From positions 601,704-665,703 of the forward strand of contig CAVVDV010000005.1 of NCBI GenBank assembly GCA_963747195.1: a DNA stretch of 64,000 nt. The letters are read 5' to 3'. A program made the position numbers and the translations under genes. The first letter of the stretch is position 1, and each line of letters begins with the position of its first letter. Below, one piece after another: positions 23,079 to 33,793 of this stretch. The notes under the pieces are model-generated. The model did not search any database. It worked only from the letters and a program-made list of their open reading frames with translations, and had not been told where the DNA came from. The stretch is from an uncultured Actinomycetes bacterium (GTDB taxonomy: Bacteria; Actinomycetota; Acidimicrobiia; IMCC26256; JACDBD01).

Positions 23079-24763
23079 CGCGACACCCGGACGAGCTCGA
23101 GCACGGTCGCGGCCGCGCCTTCGAGATCGTCGGCCGAGGCCGTGCGCGTGGGCGTGGGACGCGCGAACGGAGCGACCTGCGCCGGGCCGTTCGGCGCCAC
23201 CGTGTCGGGCGGGACGAGACGCGCCCGAGCTGCGCTCGCGAGCGCGTGCGCGTCGGGGCACTCGGCCGGCGGCGAGAGGAACCACACGATGCCCGGGTAG
23301 CGGCGGGCGGCGTCGAGGACGGCCGGCGGCGTCGCCTCGTCCACGAGATACACGAAGGCGTCGTAGCTCCACGGGTCGACGGTCCGGCCGAGCACGGCGA
23401 GCGGGTGGCGGCGCCGTACCTCGTGCCCGTCTTCCGCACCGGAAGCGTCGAAGCAGTCGACCTCGACGGCACTGCTCGAGGGCGTGCATGAGCCGTGCGC
23501 TCCAGGACGCGCGCTCGCCGTCGGGCGAGAACGAGCCGACGAGCGCGACGCCGCTGGCTTGGGGACGCGCCGCCGTGTGCTCGCGGCGTCGAGTCGGGCG
23601 CACGCCGAGATCGTCCGGTCGGCGACGCGCTCCCATGTGTGGCGGGCCGCGGCCGCCTCACCGACCCGGCGCAGCTCCAGACGGAACTCCTCGTCGCGCA
23701 GGCCGCGCTCCACGACGCTCGCCATCTCGTCGAGGTCGAAGGGCGAGAACGTCGCCGGCGACCACTGCAAGACCTCGGGGACCGCCGACACGTTGGACGC
23801 GACCGCCGGGCATCCGCAGAGCGCCGCCTCGAGCACGGGGAGCCCGAACCCCTCGTAGAACGACGGCAGCACGAGGAGCCGGGCCTGCTGGTAGAGGGCG
23901 CGCAGCACGTCGTCGTCGACGTAGTCGGTCACGACGAGATCGCCGTCGCGAAGGCCGCGCTCGCGGCCGCGGTCGATCCACGCCGTGCCCGCCTCGGGTG
24001 GGAGCCGGCAGGTCAGGACGAGCTGATGCGAGTCGCGCGTCGCACGCGGCAGCCGCGCCCACACGTCGATCAGGCCCTCGGCGTTCTTGTGCGCCGACCA
24101 ACCCGTGACGCACAGGACGAACGGCTTCGTGATCGCCGGAAGCCGCTCCGCGAGCAGCAGCGCCGGCTGGTCGCCGGACGCCGGCGGTCGGAAGAAGTCG
24201 GAACCGCCCGCGCCGATCACCTCGACGCGCTCGGGTGCAATGCCGAGGCGTTCGATCGCGTCGCGCCGGGTCTGATCCGAGAGTGCCAGCACCACGTCGA
24301 CGCGCTTGATGAGCTCGCGGCGAGCGCGGTACCCCGCCATCAGCTCGGCCGGGTACACGTCGATGACCTCGGGGATCAGGTCGTAGAGGACGACGGCGAT
24401 CGGCATGCCGCTCTGCACGACGTACTGCGGCAACGCCGACGAGGCCGGTCGGGTCCGCTCGAACGGCGAGGTCATGACGTACGCCCCCACGCCTTCTGCA
24501 TCGAGTCGACGCAGCGTCGACACGGTGTTCCACGCCGCTTCGGGGGCGTCTCGGAGCTCGGTGGGTATCGACTCGTGGTTCGGACGGTTCGGGTTCAACA
24601 GCACGGCCGACACGGCGCGCTTCCGCAGCAGCGCGAGCGTGAACGACATCGCGTAGCGACGGATCCCCCGGTCTCCGAAGAACCCGCCCTGCGCCGTCTG
24701 CAGATCGACGACGAGGCGCGCCTCGGCGGGCCGCCTCCCGCTCAAGGGGTCGTGAAGATGCAC
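23075..24763 (-). CDS. Glycosyltransferase family 4 with partial second domain; start approximate
   Basis: VDLQTAQGGFFGDRGIRRY, LYDLIP, HKNAEGLI, PSFYEGFGLPVLEAALCGCP. Confidence 0.88.
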   Translation of the reverse strand: MHLHDPLSGRRPAEARLVVDLQTAQGGFFGDRGIRRYAMSFTLALLRKRAVSAVLLNPNRPNHESIPTELRDAPEAAWNTVSTLRRLDAEGVGAYVMTSPFERTRPASSALPQYVVQSGMPIAVVLYDLIPEVIDVYPAELMAGYRARRELIKRVDVVLALSDQTRRDAIERLGIAPERVEVIGAGGSDFFRPPASGDQPALLLAERLPAITKPFVLCVTGWSAHKNAEGLIDVWARLPRATRDSHQLVLTCRLPPEAGTAWIDRGRERGLRDGDLVVTDYVDDDVLRALYQQARLLVLPSFYEGFGLPVLEAALCGCPAVASNVSAVPEVLQWSPATFSPFDLDEMASVVERGLRDEEFRLELRRVGEAAAARHTWERVADRTISACARLDAASTRRRVPKPAASRSSARSRPTASARPGAHGSCTPSSSAVEVDCFDASGAEDGHEVRRRHPLAVLGRTVDPWSYDAFVYLVDEATPPAVLDAARRYPGIVWFLSPPAECPDAHALASAARARLVPPDTVAPNGPAQVAPFARPTPTRTASADDLEGAAATVLELVRVSR

Positions 24764-24817
24764 GGCACGGCGCGACGCGCTCGGAGAGCCACGACGCCAT
24801 CGTGGCATACTCCGTCC

Positions 24818-25717
24818 GTGGCCGACTCTGATTCCGACGTTCACGGCGCGCCCGAACCGCGATCCGGTGCGAAGCGCGCGGCGATCGGAGTCGCGCGACC
24901 GCTGGTCGGCTATTTCGATCGTCGGTTCCAGGATCTCCACGACCATCTCGACCGTCTCCCGCCGCCGCCGGACCCGACGGCCCGGCTCGACGAGGTCGTC
25001 GCGCTCATGCGGCAGACGCGCGAGGACGTCGCGGGCGACGCAGACACGATCGCCGAGCTCGCGTTCACGCTCGAACGGTTCTCCGACCTGTTCACCGCGC
25101 GCATGGAAGAGATCGTCGAGACGATGTTCACCGCGCTCGGCCCGGGTGGAGCGTCCATCGATGCCCACGTCGTCGAGCTGCCGTTCGCGTACGCGGCCGC
25201 CGACGCCCTGCCGGCCGGAGCCGGCGTGGCGACGTTCGGCGGTGACGACGGTCCGCTGCCGCTCGCGCTCGCCTCGCTCGGCCTGCGCGTCACCGCGTTC
25301 GCCGCCGGACTTCCCGCGGGACACCCGAACCTCACTGTGGTGGAACAGCCGGTCGATCAGTGGAGCGGACCGGCGGAGCCCCTCGACGCGATCTTTGCGC
25401 TGTCGGCCGTCGCCGGCCTCGGGCTCGAGCGCGACGAGCCCGTCGACGACCTCGACCGGCAGGTCGTCGACCGGTTCCGCAAGTGGTTGCGCCCCGAAGG
25501 GCAGCTCGTCCTCACGGTCCCGTTCGGCGAGTGGTCGGTCGGTCGCCGCAGCCGAACCTACGACGAGAGTCACCTCGCCGAGCTGCTGACCGACTGGAAG
25601 ATCGAAGCGCGCCGCACCGTCGAGCGCATCGACGATCACGTGTGGCGACGTCGTCGAGCCGGACGACACGCCTTCCCGTGCGGGGATGGCGCTGGTCCGC
25701 GCCACCCGCGTCCGTGA
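24818..25717 (+). CDS. Methyltransferase-fold protein with N-terminal helical region and degenerate SAM motif
   Basis: VVELPFAY, LASLGLRVTAF, DAIFALSAV, KWLRPEGQLVLTVPFG...RTYDESHL; stop overlaps the next GTG. Confidence 0.6.
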   Translation: MADSDSDVHGAPEPRSGAKRAAIGVARPLVGYFDRRFQDLHDHLDRLPPPPDPTARLDEVVALMRQTREDVAGDADTIAELAFTLERFSDLFTARMEEIVETMFTALGPGGASIDAHVVELPFAYAAADALPAGAGVATFGGDDGPLPLALASLGLRVTAFAAGLPAGHPNLTVVEQPVDQWSGPAEPLDAIFALSAVAGLGLERDEPVDDLDRQVVDRFRKWLRPEGQLVLTVPFGEWSVGRRSRTYDESHLAELLTDWKIEARRTVERIDDHVWRRRRAGRHAFPCGDGAGPRHPRP

Positions 25718-28185
25718 CGCCTCGCTGGCGCCCGTACCTCGACATCCAGACGGTCCAGAGCCGCGGGTTCTTCGAACGCGGGATCCCCCGCTACACGACG
25801 CAGCTGAGCCTCGAGCTGCTCCGCACCGGCGCGTCCGTGGCCGGGTTCGGGCTCAACCCGAACCATCCGTTCCCGCGCCACCTTCCGCCCGAGCTCGCGC
25901 GCGGCGCCGCAGCTGACCTGGAACACGGCCGCCGCGTTGCGAGCGGTGCAGCAGGACGGACCGATCCTCTATCACGTGATGTCGCCGTTCGAGCGGCCCG
26001 ACGTGCGCCCGAGCGCGCTGCCGAGCCACGTGCTCGGCACGCGGCATCCCGATCGTGTGCCAGGTCTACGACCTCATCCCCGACGTGACGGGCATGCTCC
26101 AACCCGGCAGCGAGGGAGAGCGGTTCCACCGCGTCCGCAACCGCGTGCTCACCGACGCCGACTTCCTGATCGCGCTCTCGGAGCAGACCCGGAGCGACGT
26201 CATCGAGCACCTGCAGGTCGATCCCGACCGGATCGCCGTCGTGGGCGCGGCGACGTCCGACTTCTTCCGGCCGCCCGAGGCGGGTGAGCGCCCGCGGGAG
26301 CTGCTCGCGCACGAGCTGCCGCGCGTCACGCGACCCTTCCTCCTCACCGTCTCGGCCTGGCTGCCGCACAAGAACACCGAGCTCCTCCTCGAGGCCTTCG
26401 CCCGGTTGCGTCCCGACCTTCGCAGATCGCTCCAGCTCGTCGTGGCGTGCACACTGCCGCTCGAAGGCTTGATCCGGTGGGAGGCGCACGCGGCCCACGT
26501 CGGGCTCGCCCGCGACGAGGTCGTGTTCACCGGGTTCGTGTCCGACGCCGTGATCCGCGCGCTGTACCAGACGACCGAGTTGTGCGTGTACCCGTCGCGC
26601 TACGAGGGATTCGGGCTGCCGGTCCTCGAGGCGGCCCGCTGCGGCTCGCTCGCGATCACCTCGAACCGGGCGCCGCTCCCCGAGGTGCTCGACTGGGCGC
26701 CGGCGACGTTCGATCCCGACGACGCCGGCGGGCTGGCGGCGTTGATCGAGCGCGGCCTGACCGACACCGAGTACCAGTCCGGGCTGCGCGAGAAGGCCGC
26801 CGCCGCCGTGCACCGCCACACGTGGGATCGCGTCGCGCGCCGCACGCTGGCCGCCTACGACCGCGTCGAGGCCCCGCCGGCCCGGCGCCGGCGGCGGCGC
26901 TCGTCGCGGCTGCGCGTGGCGCTCGTGGGCCCGTTCCCGCCCGTGCGGTCCGGTGTGGCGCGCTACAACCTCGCCGTCGCCGACCGGCTGGCCCGCGACT
27001 GCGACCTCGACTGCTTCGTCGACGCCTGCGACTGGGTCCACGACGACATCGCCCACGAGCTGCCGTCACGCCGGGTCCAGGCCGTCGGCCCGCGCCGCCC
27101 GCGTGCCTCGGCCGCGGGTTGGTTCCCGGCCCGCTCGCTGGGCAGGACGATCGACCCCGCCCGCTACGACGCCGTCGTCTACACGATCGGCAACAGCTGG
27201 TTCCATCACGACACGCTGGCCGTCGCCCGGCGGTATCCCGGCATCGCGTGGTTCCACGACGTCGATCTCGTCGGCCTGTACATCACGTATGCGCACCGGC
27301 TGCTCGCCGACGACCCGCCGGCGGCGCTGACGCTGTTCCGCGAGCTGCTCGCCCGCTACGGGTCGCGCGTCCCGGGGCTCACCGTCTCGATGGAGGACCA
27401 GCGGTGGGCGGCGTACGAGCCGTACCGGCGCTCGGGCCTGCGCCTGACCGCCGAGCTGGCGGGCGACAGCCGGACGAGCATCGTCACCTCGCACCGGGCG
27501 CAGACGCTGCTCGAGCACGACGCCGGCCCGGTGCCGCTGGCGCCCATCGAGGTGATGCCGTTGGCCGTGCCGAGCCGGCGCCCGGATGCGCCGCTACGTC
27601 CGAGCACACCGCCCGTCGGTGGTGACGCTCGGACGCGAGGAGGACGCGAAGCAGCGCGAGCTGATCGTCGACGCGATCGCGATCCTCAATCGCGAACGAC
27701 CGGTGCGCCTCGTCGTCGTCGGCCAGATCCGGCCCGACCACCTCGATCGCCTGGTTCGCCGCATCGATGCCCGAGGCGTCGGCGACGTCGTCGACGTCAC
27801 CGGCTTCGTCACCGACCGCGAATACCACGAGTTGATCGAGAGCGCGACCTGCGCGGTGCAACTGAACTCGCACGCCAACGGCGAGGGCTCGGCCGCCGTC
27901 GGCGACGCCTTCGCCGCCGGCCTGCCCGTGATCACGAACATCGCGTCGTGCCTCGAGCTGCCCGACGGCACGGTGGCGCACGTGCCGTCCCCGACGGACG
28001 CCGCCGCGGTCGCCCGCGAGATCGCGCGCGTCCTCGATGACGCCGACCACCGCCAGGGACTCCGCGCCGGGGCGCTCAGATATGCGCAGTCGTGGACCGT
28101 CGACGACGTCGTCGGCCGGCTCCTCGAGATCGCCCGCGACGACGTCGACCGGATGGCCGCGTCGCGTCACCGCGTGAGCGCATGA
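25714..28185 (+). CDS. Two-domain glycosyltransferase family 4 (frameshifted)
   Basis: LDIQTVQSRGFFERGIPRY, PSRYEGFGLPVLEAARCG, second domain VALVGPFPPVRSGVARY, YTIGNSWFH, NGEGSAAVGDAFAAGLPVI. Confidence 0.88.
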
Positions 28186-29302
28186 GCCGCGCCGGCCGTT
28201 GGGCCGTCCTCGAGCTCCCGTGGGGAGACACGCTCGACATCCTCCTGCCGGACGATTTCGACTTCCTCGCCCAGCACGTGATGGCGACACACAAATACTT
28301 CCCGTCACACTTCGAGCTCGCGCTCGATCTCGCTCCGCCGTCCGGGGTGATCCTCGACCTGGGCGCGCACCTCGGCACGTTCGCCCTGGCGGCGGCGGCC
28401 AGCGGGCGCCGCGTCATCGCAGTGGAGGCGTCGCCGCGCAACGTCGACCTCCTGCGTGAGAGCGCTCGCGCCAACGGCCTCGACGACGCCCTCACGGTCG
28501 TCCCGGTCGCGGTCAGCAACCGCGAGGGCACCGTCCGGTTCCAGCAGGAGGGGGCGTGGGGCCAGATCACCGACTCGCCGTGGGCGGCCAACGTCGTCGA
28601 GGTGCCCGTCCGCACCGTGCCCGACATCCTCGGTGACTTCGGTCTGGCGCGCGTCGACGTCGTGAAGCTCGACGTCGAGGGCTCGGAGATCGCTGCCATC
28701 GCGGGCATGTCCGAGATGCTCTCCGCACCCGACGCGCCCGCCGTCCTGTACGAGAGCAACGCGCACACGTTGCGCATGTTCGACGCCACACCCGAGAAGC
28801 TCATCGGCGTGCTCTCCGAGCTCGGCTACGACAGCTACCTCGTCGAGGAGGACGTGCTGCGGCTGACCCCGGTGACGCCGGCGTCGTTCCAGCCCGAGAC
28901 CAACGTGGACTACGCCGCCGTCAAGGGACCGCTGGAGCTCCCCGAGAAGTGGATCGTCCGCAAGCCGCGCACCGAGAGCGACCTCGCCCGGATCGCCGGC
29001 GCCGAGGCGAGCCAGGCCAGCGTCGCCCTCCGCGCTCAGGTCGCGCGTTCACTCGAGCGGGCGCCCGTCGTCGCTTCTCGCGCGCCGAGACGTGCAGCTG
29101 ACGCTGAACGCGCTCGGCGCTCGACCCCGACGAGACGGTGGCGCGGGCGGCGGGGTGGTGGGTGCGCGCCGACCAGGACGCCGGTCGCGCCGCCACGGGG
29201 CTGGCGGGCGTCCGCGGGCGCTTCCACCTCCTCGGCGAGCAGGGACGCGCGCTGCGCGACCGGTTGGAGCAGATCCGCATCCGTTGGGGCGCGCGGCCGT
29301 GA
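28182..29302 (+). CDS. FkbM-family methyltransferase (frameshift near 3' end)
   Basis: ILDLGAHLGTF, VIAVEASPRN, VDVVKLDVEGSE. Confidence 0.88.
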
Positions 29303-29912
29303 CTACCCTGGACGGCGTGAGCGTTCCCGCGTACAAGGAGTGGGCCGTCATCGTGCACGCGCTCCTCGAGGGTGAGCAGATCCTCGACGTGCGCAAGGGC
29401 GGTCTCCGTGAAGACGGCCGGCGCTTCGGGCTCAAGTCGACGCGCGTGTGGCTCTATCCGACGGTCGAGCACCAGCGGCCCGAGCTGCTGAAGCCGGCGT
29501 ACCGCCCGATGGTCGACCTCGCCGCAGGTTCGCCCGTCGGCGAGCCGATCCGGATCGACGGCTGGGCCGACATCGTCGGCGCGGCGACGATCACCGATCC
29601 CGAGCAGCTTGCGGCGCTCGACTCCAAGCTCATCTGGACGCTCGAGTACGCCGAGTCACGGCTGCAGTGGAAGAAGCGCCAGCCGCTGTGGGTGCTGGCG
29701 ATGCGCGTCCACCGGTTGATCGAGCCGCTCGAGGTGCCGTGGCGCGACGAGTACGGCGGCTGCACGTCGTGGGTCGACCTGCTCGACCCGCTCCCCGACC
29801 CCGACGAGCTCAAGAGCGAGCCCGCGCTGTCCGACACCGCGTTCGCGGCGCGGATGAAGGGCGGTCGACGGCGCGCTCGGACACGCCGCTGGAGCAGCCC
29901 GCGCTCGACTGA
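29299..29912 (+). CDS. DUF1802 family protein
   Basis: AYKEWAVIVHALLEGEQILDVRKGGLRE, LYPTVEHQ, EYGGCTSWV. Confidence 0.85.
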
Positions 29913-29925
29913 GCCCGCGTCGCCG

Positions 29926-30153
29926 CTACGCGCCGTCGTCCTCGCGGGCCTGGATCGATCGGTGCGGGTGGTACCCGCGGTTCCGGGCCTCGGCGAGGGT
30001 GTCGGGCGCGAACGCGGCGAACGCCTCCGACGCGACGAGCTCGTCGATGACCGGCTCGAGACCTGCGCTCTCGGTGAGGTCGAGGTCGTACACCGTCTGG
30101 TTCCGCTTGTCGCCGAGGTAGCGGAAGCTCTCGAATCGGGATGGCCGGCTCAC
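29926..30153 (-). CDS. Hypothetical 75-aa protein
   Basis: AGGAGG RBS then GTG: MSRPSRFESFRYLGDKRNQTVYDLD...FAPDTLAEARNRGYHP; protein-like composition. Confidence 0.75.
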   Translation of the reverse strand: MSRPSRFESFRYLGDKRNQTVYDLDLTESAGLEPVIDELVASEAFAAFAPDTLAEARNRGYHPHRSIQAREDDGA

Positions 30154-30210
30154 TCGAGCCCTCCTGTCTCTCCGGGGCCGCGGCGGCACGAGAGTACGCT
30201 GCCCGTCGCG

Positions 30211-31653
30211 ATGAGCCCCGACCCGTCCGTCTCCGCGGCGTTGGAAGTCGCGTCCATCCTGAGCGATCTGCTCGACGAGCCGATCGTGATCGCCGACGTG
30301 GGCTGCCGCTGGGGGTTCGCCGACACGTGGGAGCAGCTCGGCGGCCGGTGCCGCGCCATCGGGTTCGAGCCCGACGAGGACGAGTGCGCAGCGCTGCGGG
30401 AGCGTTACCACGACCGCCCCTGGGTCGAGATCGTCGCCCAGGGCCTCGGTCGGGAGGCGGGCACGGAGACGATCCACATCACGCGCGAGCCGGCGTGCTC
30501 GTCGCTCTACGAGCCGCTCGACGACGTCATCGACCGCCACCCGCGCCTCGAGCCCCAGCGGCTGGCCGACAACCAGCAGATCGAGGTCGTCACGCTCGAC
30601 GAGTGGTGCCGGCGCAGCGGCGTGGACCGCATCGACTTCATCAAGCTCGACACGCAGGGATCGGAGCTCGACGTCCTCCGGGGCGCCGCCCGCACCCTGG
30701 ACGGCGTCATCGCGGTGCAGACCGAGGTCGAGTTCAACCGGATGTACGAGGGGCAGCCGCTGTTCGGCGACGTCGACCGGTTCCTCCGTGACCGTGGCTT
30801 CATGCTGTGGCACCTCGACAACCTGAGCCACCATCGCCAGCGCGGCGCGCGCTCGGGGCTCCAGAGCTGCAATCAGCTGTTCGACTTCGACGTCGCCCGC
30901 TTCAATCGGCGCGCCGGCCAGCTGTTCTGGGCCGACGCCCTCTTCGTGCGCGCCGACGTCGCCCGACCGCAGCCCGCGACCGACTGGCGCGAGGCGCTTC
31001 GACACGCGTGCGTCACCGCCGCCCTCGGGCTCGACGACCTCGCCGGGCTCGCCCTCGACCTCCACCACCGCGATCTCGACGGAGAGGTGCGCGAGACGGT
31101 GGAAGCGGTCCGCGCCGTCCTGCCCGAGCCCGACCACGAGACGGAGTGGCTGACGTCGCTCGTCACCCGCGACGGGTACCAACCCGACGAGACCGGCGCC
31201 GGCGGCGGTGTCCTCGACGGAGGACCTGGTGGTGCCGCTCGGCGAGCCGATCGTCGGCGCCGGCTGGCGCGAGCCGCACCGGCTCGGTGACGGGGCAGGG
31301 TCGGTGGACGGGGCCGGGGCGGCGGGCGTGGATCGACGTCCCGCTCCAACTCCCGCCCGGGACCCTCGTCGAGCTCGTGGCCGTCGACGCCCACGACCGC
31401 CGCGGCTTCGCCGGCGTCGGCATCGACGTGAACGGCGAGGAGCTCGAGCTGGTGCAGACGCCCACGCGCCGAGGGCACGGTCCTGTCGGGGACGGTCCCG
31501 CTTCGCTACAAGTCCGACCGGAGCTTCACGCGGGTCTCGATCCGGACCCCGCCGCCGGGCCAGCCTCACGGCAGCCCCGATCCGCGCAAGCTCGGCATCG
31601 CCGTCACCGAGCTCCGCCTCCACGCCCCCGCCCGCCCCGAGCGCGGCGGCTGA
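30211..31653 (+). CDS. FkbM-family methyltransferase with C-terminal accessory domain (frameshifted)
   Basis: IADVGCRWG, IGFEPDEDEC, CSSLYEP, IDFIKLDTQGSELDVLRGA, EVEFNRMYEGQPLFGDVD, QLFWADALF. Confidence 0.88.
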
Positions 31654-31664
31654 CGAACGCGAGC

Positions 31665-31689
31665 GAGGGGGCGCACGAAGCGCCCCCTC
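31665..31689. terminator. Perfect 10-bp GC hairpin between convergent units (probable terminator)
   Basis: GAGGGGGCGC-acgaa-GCGCCCCCTC, 11 nt after the FkbM stop; no U-tract. Confidence 0.6.
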
Positions 31690-31918
31690 ACCCACTTGTA
31701 CGGCTGAAACGTCTTCGCCGACCGGGATTGCAACGGGTGGGACAACTCCCCGTCCGGACGGCAACGGTGCGGCGGTTTGAACTCCGCCAGGCGGTCCAGC
31801 CTGACACGCCCGCACGTGCGGACGCGACGACGACCTAACGGCCGCGCACCTCCAGAGTCCCGCGTTGCTCATGCATCAGCTGGACCACCTCCTTTCCCTG
31901 GTACTGCAACTTGTACCA
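31665..31918 (-). ncRNA. Candidate structured RNA or small-ORF mRNA (13 codons, MHEQRGTLEVRGR at 31876-31835) with extended 16S-complementary segment
   Basis: Several hairpins, long inverted repeat 31789-31806 / 31874-31890, GAAAGGAGGTGGTCCAGC on the minus strand, terminal hairpin; see findings. Confidence 0.5.
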
Positions 31919-31983
31919 CGGACGGAGCCGCGACGCGTGACAGTTCTGAGGAGAAATTCGGTGGGTTGTCGGCGGGCGACCGG

Positions 31984-32457
31984 TCAGTCGCAGCCGATCT
32001 GCGGGGCGATCTCGGCGGGGACGCCCTGGCCCTCGCACAGCTTGCCCGCGCTCCGGTTGAGGGCGACCCAGTGGTCGCCTTCGGCCCGGTACAGGGTGAA
32101 GGTCGGCGGGCTGTACCCCTTGACCTGCGAGCTCGTGGCCCAGCCGCCGACGCACTTCTGCGGGGTGATCGTGCCGTCGGGCGACCCGAACTTCGCCGTG
32201 AAGGCGGCCGTGAGCGCCTCGGGCGTGCACGGCGGCTGCGGGGCGGTCGTCGGGGGCGCCGGCGTGGTGTCGGGAGCGGCTGTGGTGGACGACGGCGCCG
32301 TGGTCGACGGCGCGGCCGTGGTCGTCGGCGCGGCGGTGGTCGCGGTGGTGTCGCCCGTCTGGCGGGCCTGGACCTGGGGATCGCTCGTGCCGCACGCGGC
32401 TGCGGCCAGCGCGAGCCCGCCGAGCAGCAGTCCGGTGGTGATCAGGCGTCGTCTCAT
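31984..32457 (-). CDS. Lipoprotein with Thr/Pro-rich linker and small Cys-containing C-terminal domain
   Basis: MRRRLITTGLLLGGLALAAAA-C lipobox; TTTAAP repeats; four further Cys. Confidence 0.8.
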   Translation of the reverse strand: MRRRLITTGLLLGGLALAAAACGTSDPQVQARQTGDTTATTAAPTTTAAPSTTAPSSTTAAPDTTPAPPTTAPQPPCTPEALTAAFTAKFGSPDGTITPQKCVGGWATSSQVKGYSPPTFTLYRAEGDHWVALNRSAGKLCEGQGVPAEIAPQIGCD

Positions 32458-32481
32458 GTCGATTCGATTCTCATCATCGCA

Positions 32482-33676
32482 CTAGTTGCACGCGGTCGGG
32501 TCGCCGCCGGACAGGCCGAGGGAGTGCGCGGACGCACTTGTCGATGTACGGCTGGAGGATCTGCGCCTGGCCCGCCGGCGACAGGTGGCCGTGGTCGGCG
32601 GCGCGGGCGAGGATCGCGTTGACGAAGTTCGTTGCGATGTGGCTGCCGTCGATCGCACTGCTAGACCATCTGGCCAAACGTGGGCGACCCGAGGCGGACG
32701 TCGAGCTGATTGCGCGGTCCGTGTCGGTGTCGTGCGGCGGCGGGCAGACGTAGTCCGTGTAGGTGTTGGCCGGGCCGGCGTTGAAGTGGCTCTTGAAGTT
32801 GAAGACCATGACCCCGGGGTCACCTGCGAAGTTGTTGTTCTTCACGAGCTGGATGATCTGGTTGAACTGGTCCATCTTCGCCTTGCTCGACCGGTAGCTG
32901 GTGTTCCCGGTGGGTGAGCGCCACTGGCCGCCGCTCCCCTGCGTCGCGTTGCCGGTGCAGTCGGGGCCGGCTCGAGGTCGGCGGCGCTGTTCGGGAACGG
33001 CTCCCACCACGAGCACGCCAGGCCGTCGGGCACGCCGCTCCCGAACGCGCGGCTCGGGCTCGAGCGGGTTGATGTAGGGCGTGTTGGTGACGATCACCGT
33101 GGGATGGTTCGGGCTGTTCCGGAACATGTTGATGGCGTTGAACAGCTTGCTCGAGTACTGCGACGGCGGCGTTCTGGTAGCGTCGCGCTGCGGCGACGGC
33201 GCGTTGGTGGGCGAGCACCCGGGGGCGCCCCACTGCTCGTCCGGCGGGCGACGAAGTTCTGCCAGCGGTCGACGATCTCCCAGCCCGCGGTGTTGATCAC
33301 CACCACCTTCGGGACGAAGTGGTTGGCGTCCGTCCTGCCAGGTGTCGCTCCGGGACCCGGCCGCCGACGGTGTCGCAGTTCGGGCGCGCCGGCCTGGCCG
33401 CCGTTGTACAGCGAGAGCGTGCCGGGAGTGATCGTGCACGAGCCGACCCAGTCGTTCCTGGTCGTGTAGTCACCGGGCGACGGCGGGCACGAGCTCTGCG
33501 GGACGCCGTTGAGCTCGCCCGGGTCGCCGAGCACGCAGCCGAACGAGAAGCTCACCGAGTCGCCGACCGACGAGGACGTCGTGGGGATCGGTCGTCGGAG
33601 GCGGCGGGCCGATGCAGGCGGCCAGAGTCCCGACCGACAGCGCGACGCCAGCAACAAGGAGTGCGAACTTGCGCAA
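32482..33676 (-). CDS. SGNH/GDSL-fold lipoprotein, paralog 1 (frameshifted)
   Basis: GGAGGA RBS and TTG; LAA-C lipobox; GDSVSFSFGC, VINTAGWEIVDRW, YINPLEP, ADHGHLS. Confidence 0.75.
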
Positions 33677-33793
33677 CGAACATCCTCCCTGCCCGGCGGG
33701 GGGCAACGAACTTCGGGCAGTCTAGACAACTACCGCGAACTGTCGAGTCATGGTCGCGCCGCTAGGATGCGCCCGCCTTCCCAGGATCTAGGA

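Noticed and set aside
29092-31290. 732-aa DUF1802-FkbM fusion ORF
   Set aside because: A frameshift near 29865 hides the DUF1802 stop, and a separate minus-strand gene lies between the two
31879-31896. 16S rRNA gene fragment
   Set aside because: Only 18 nt resemble the 16S 3' end and the flanks show no rRNA or ITS similarity; treated as part of the structured element instead
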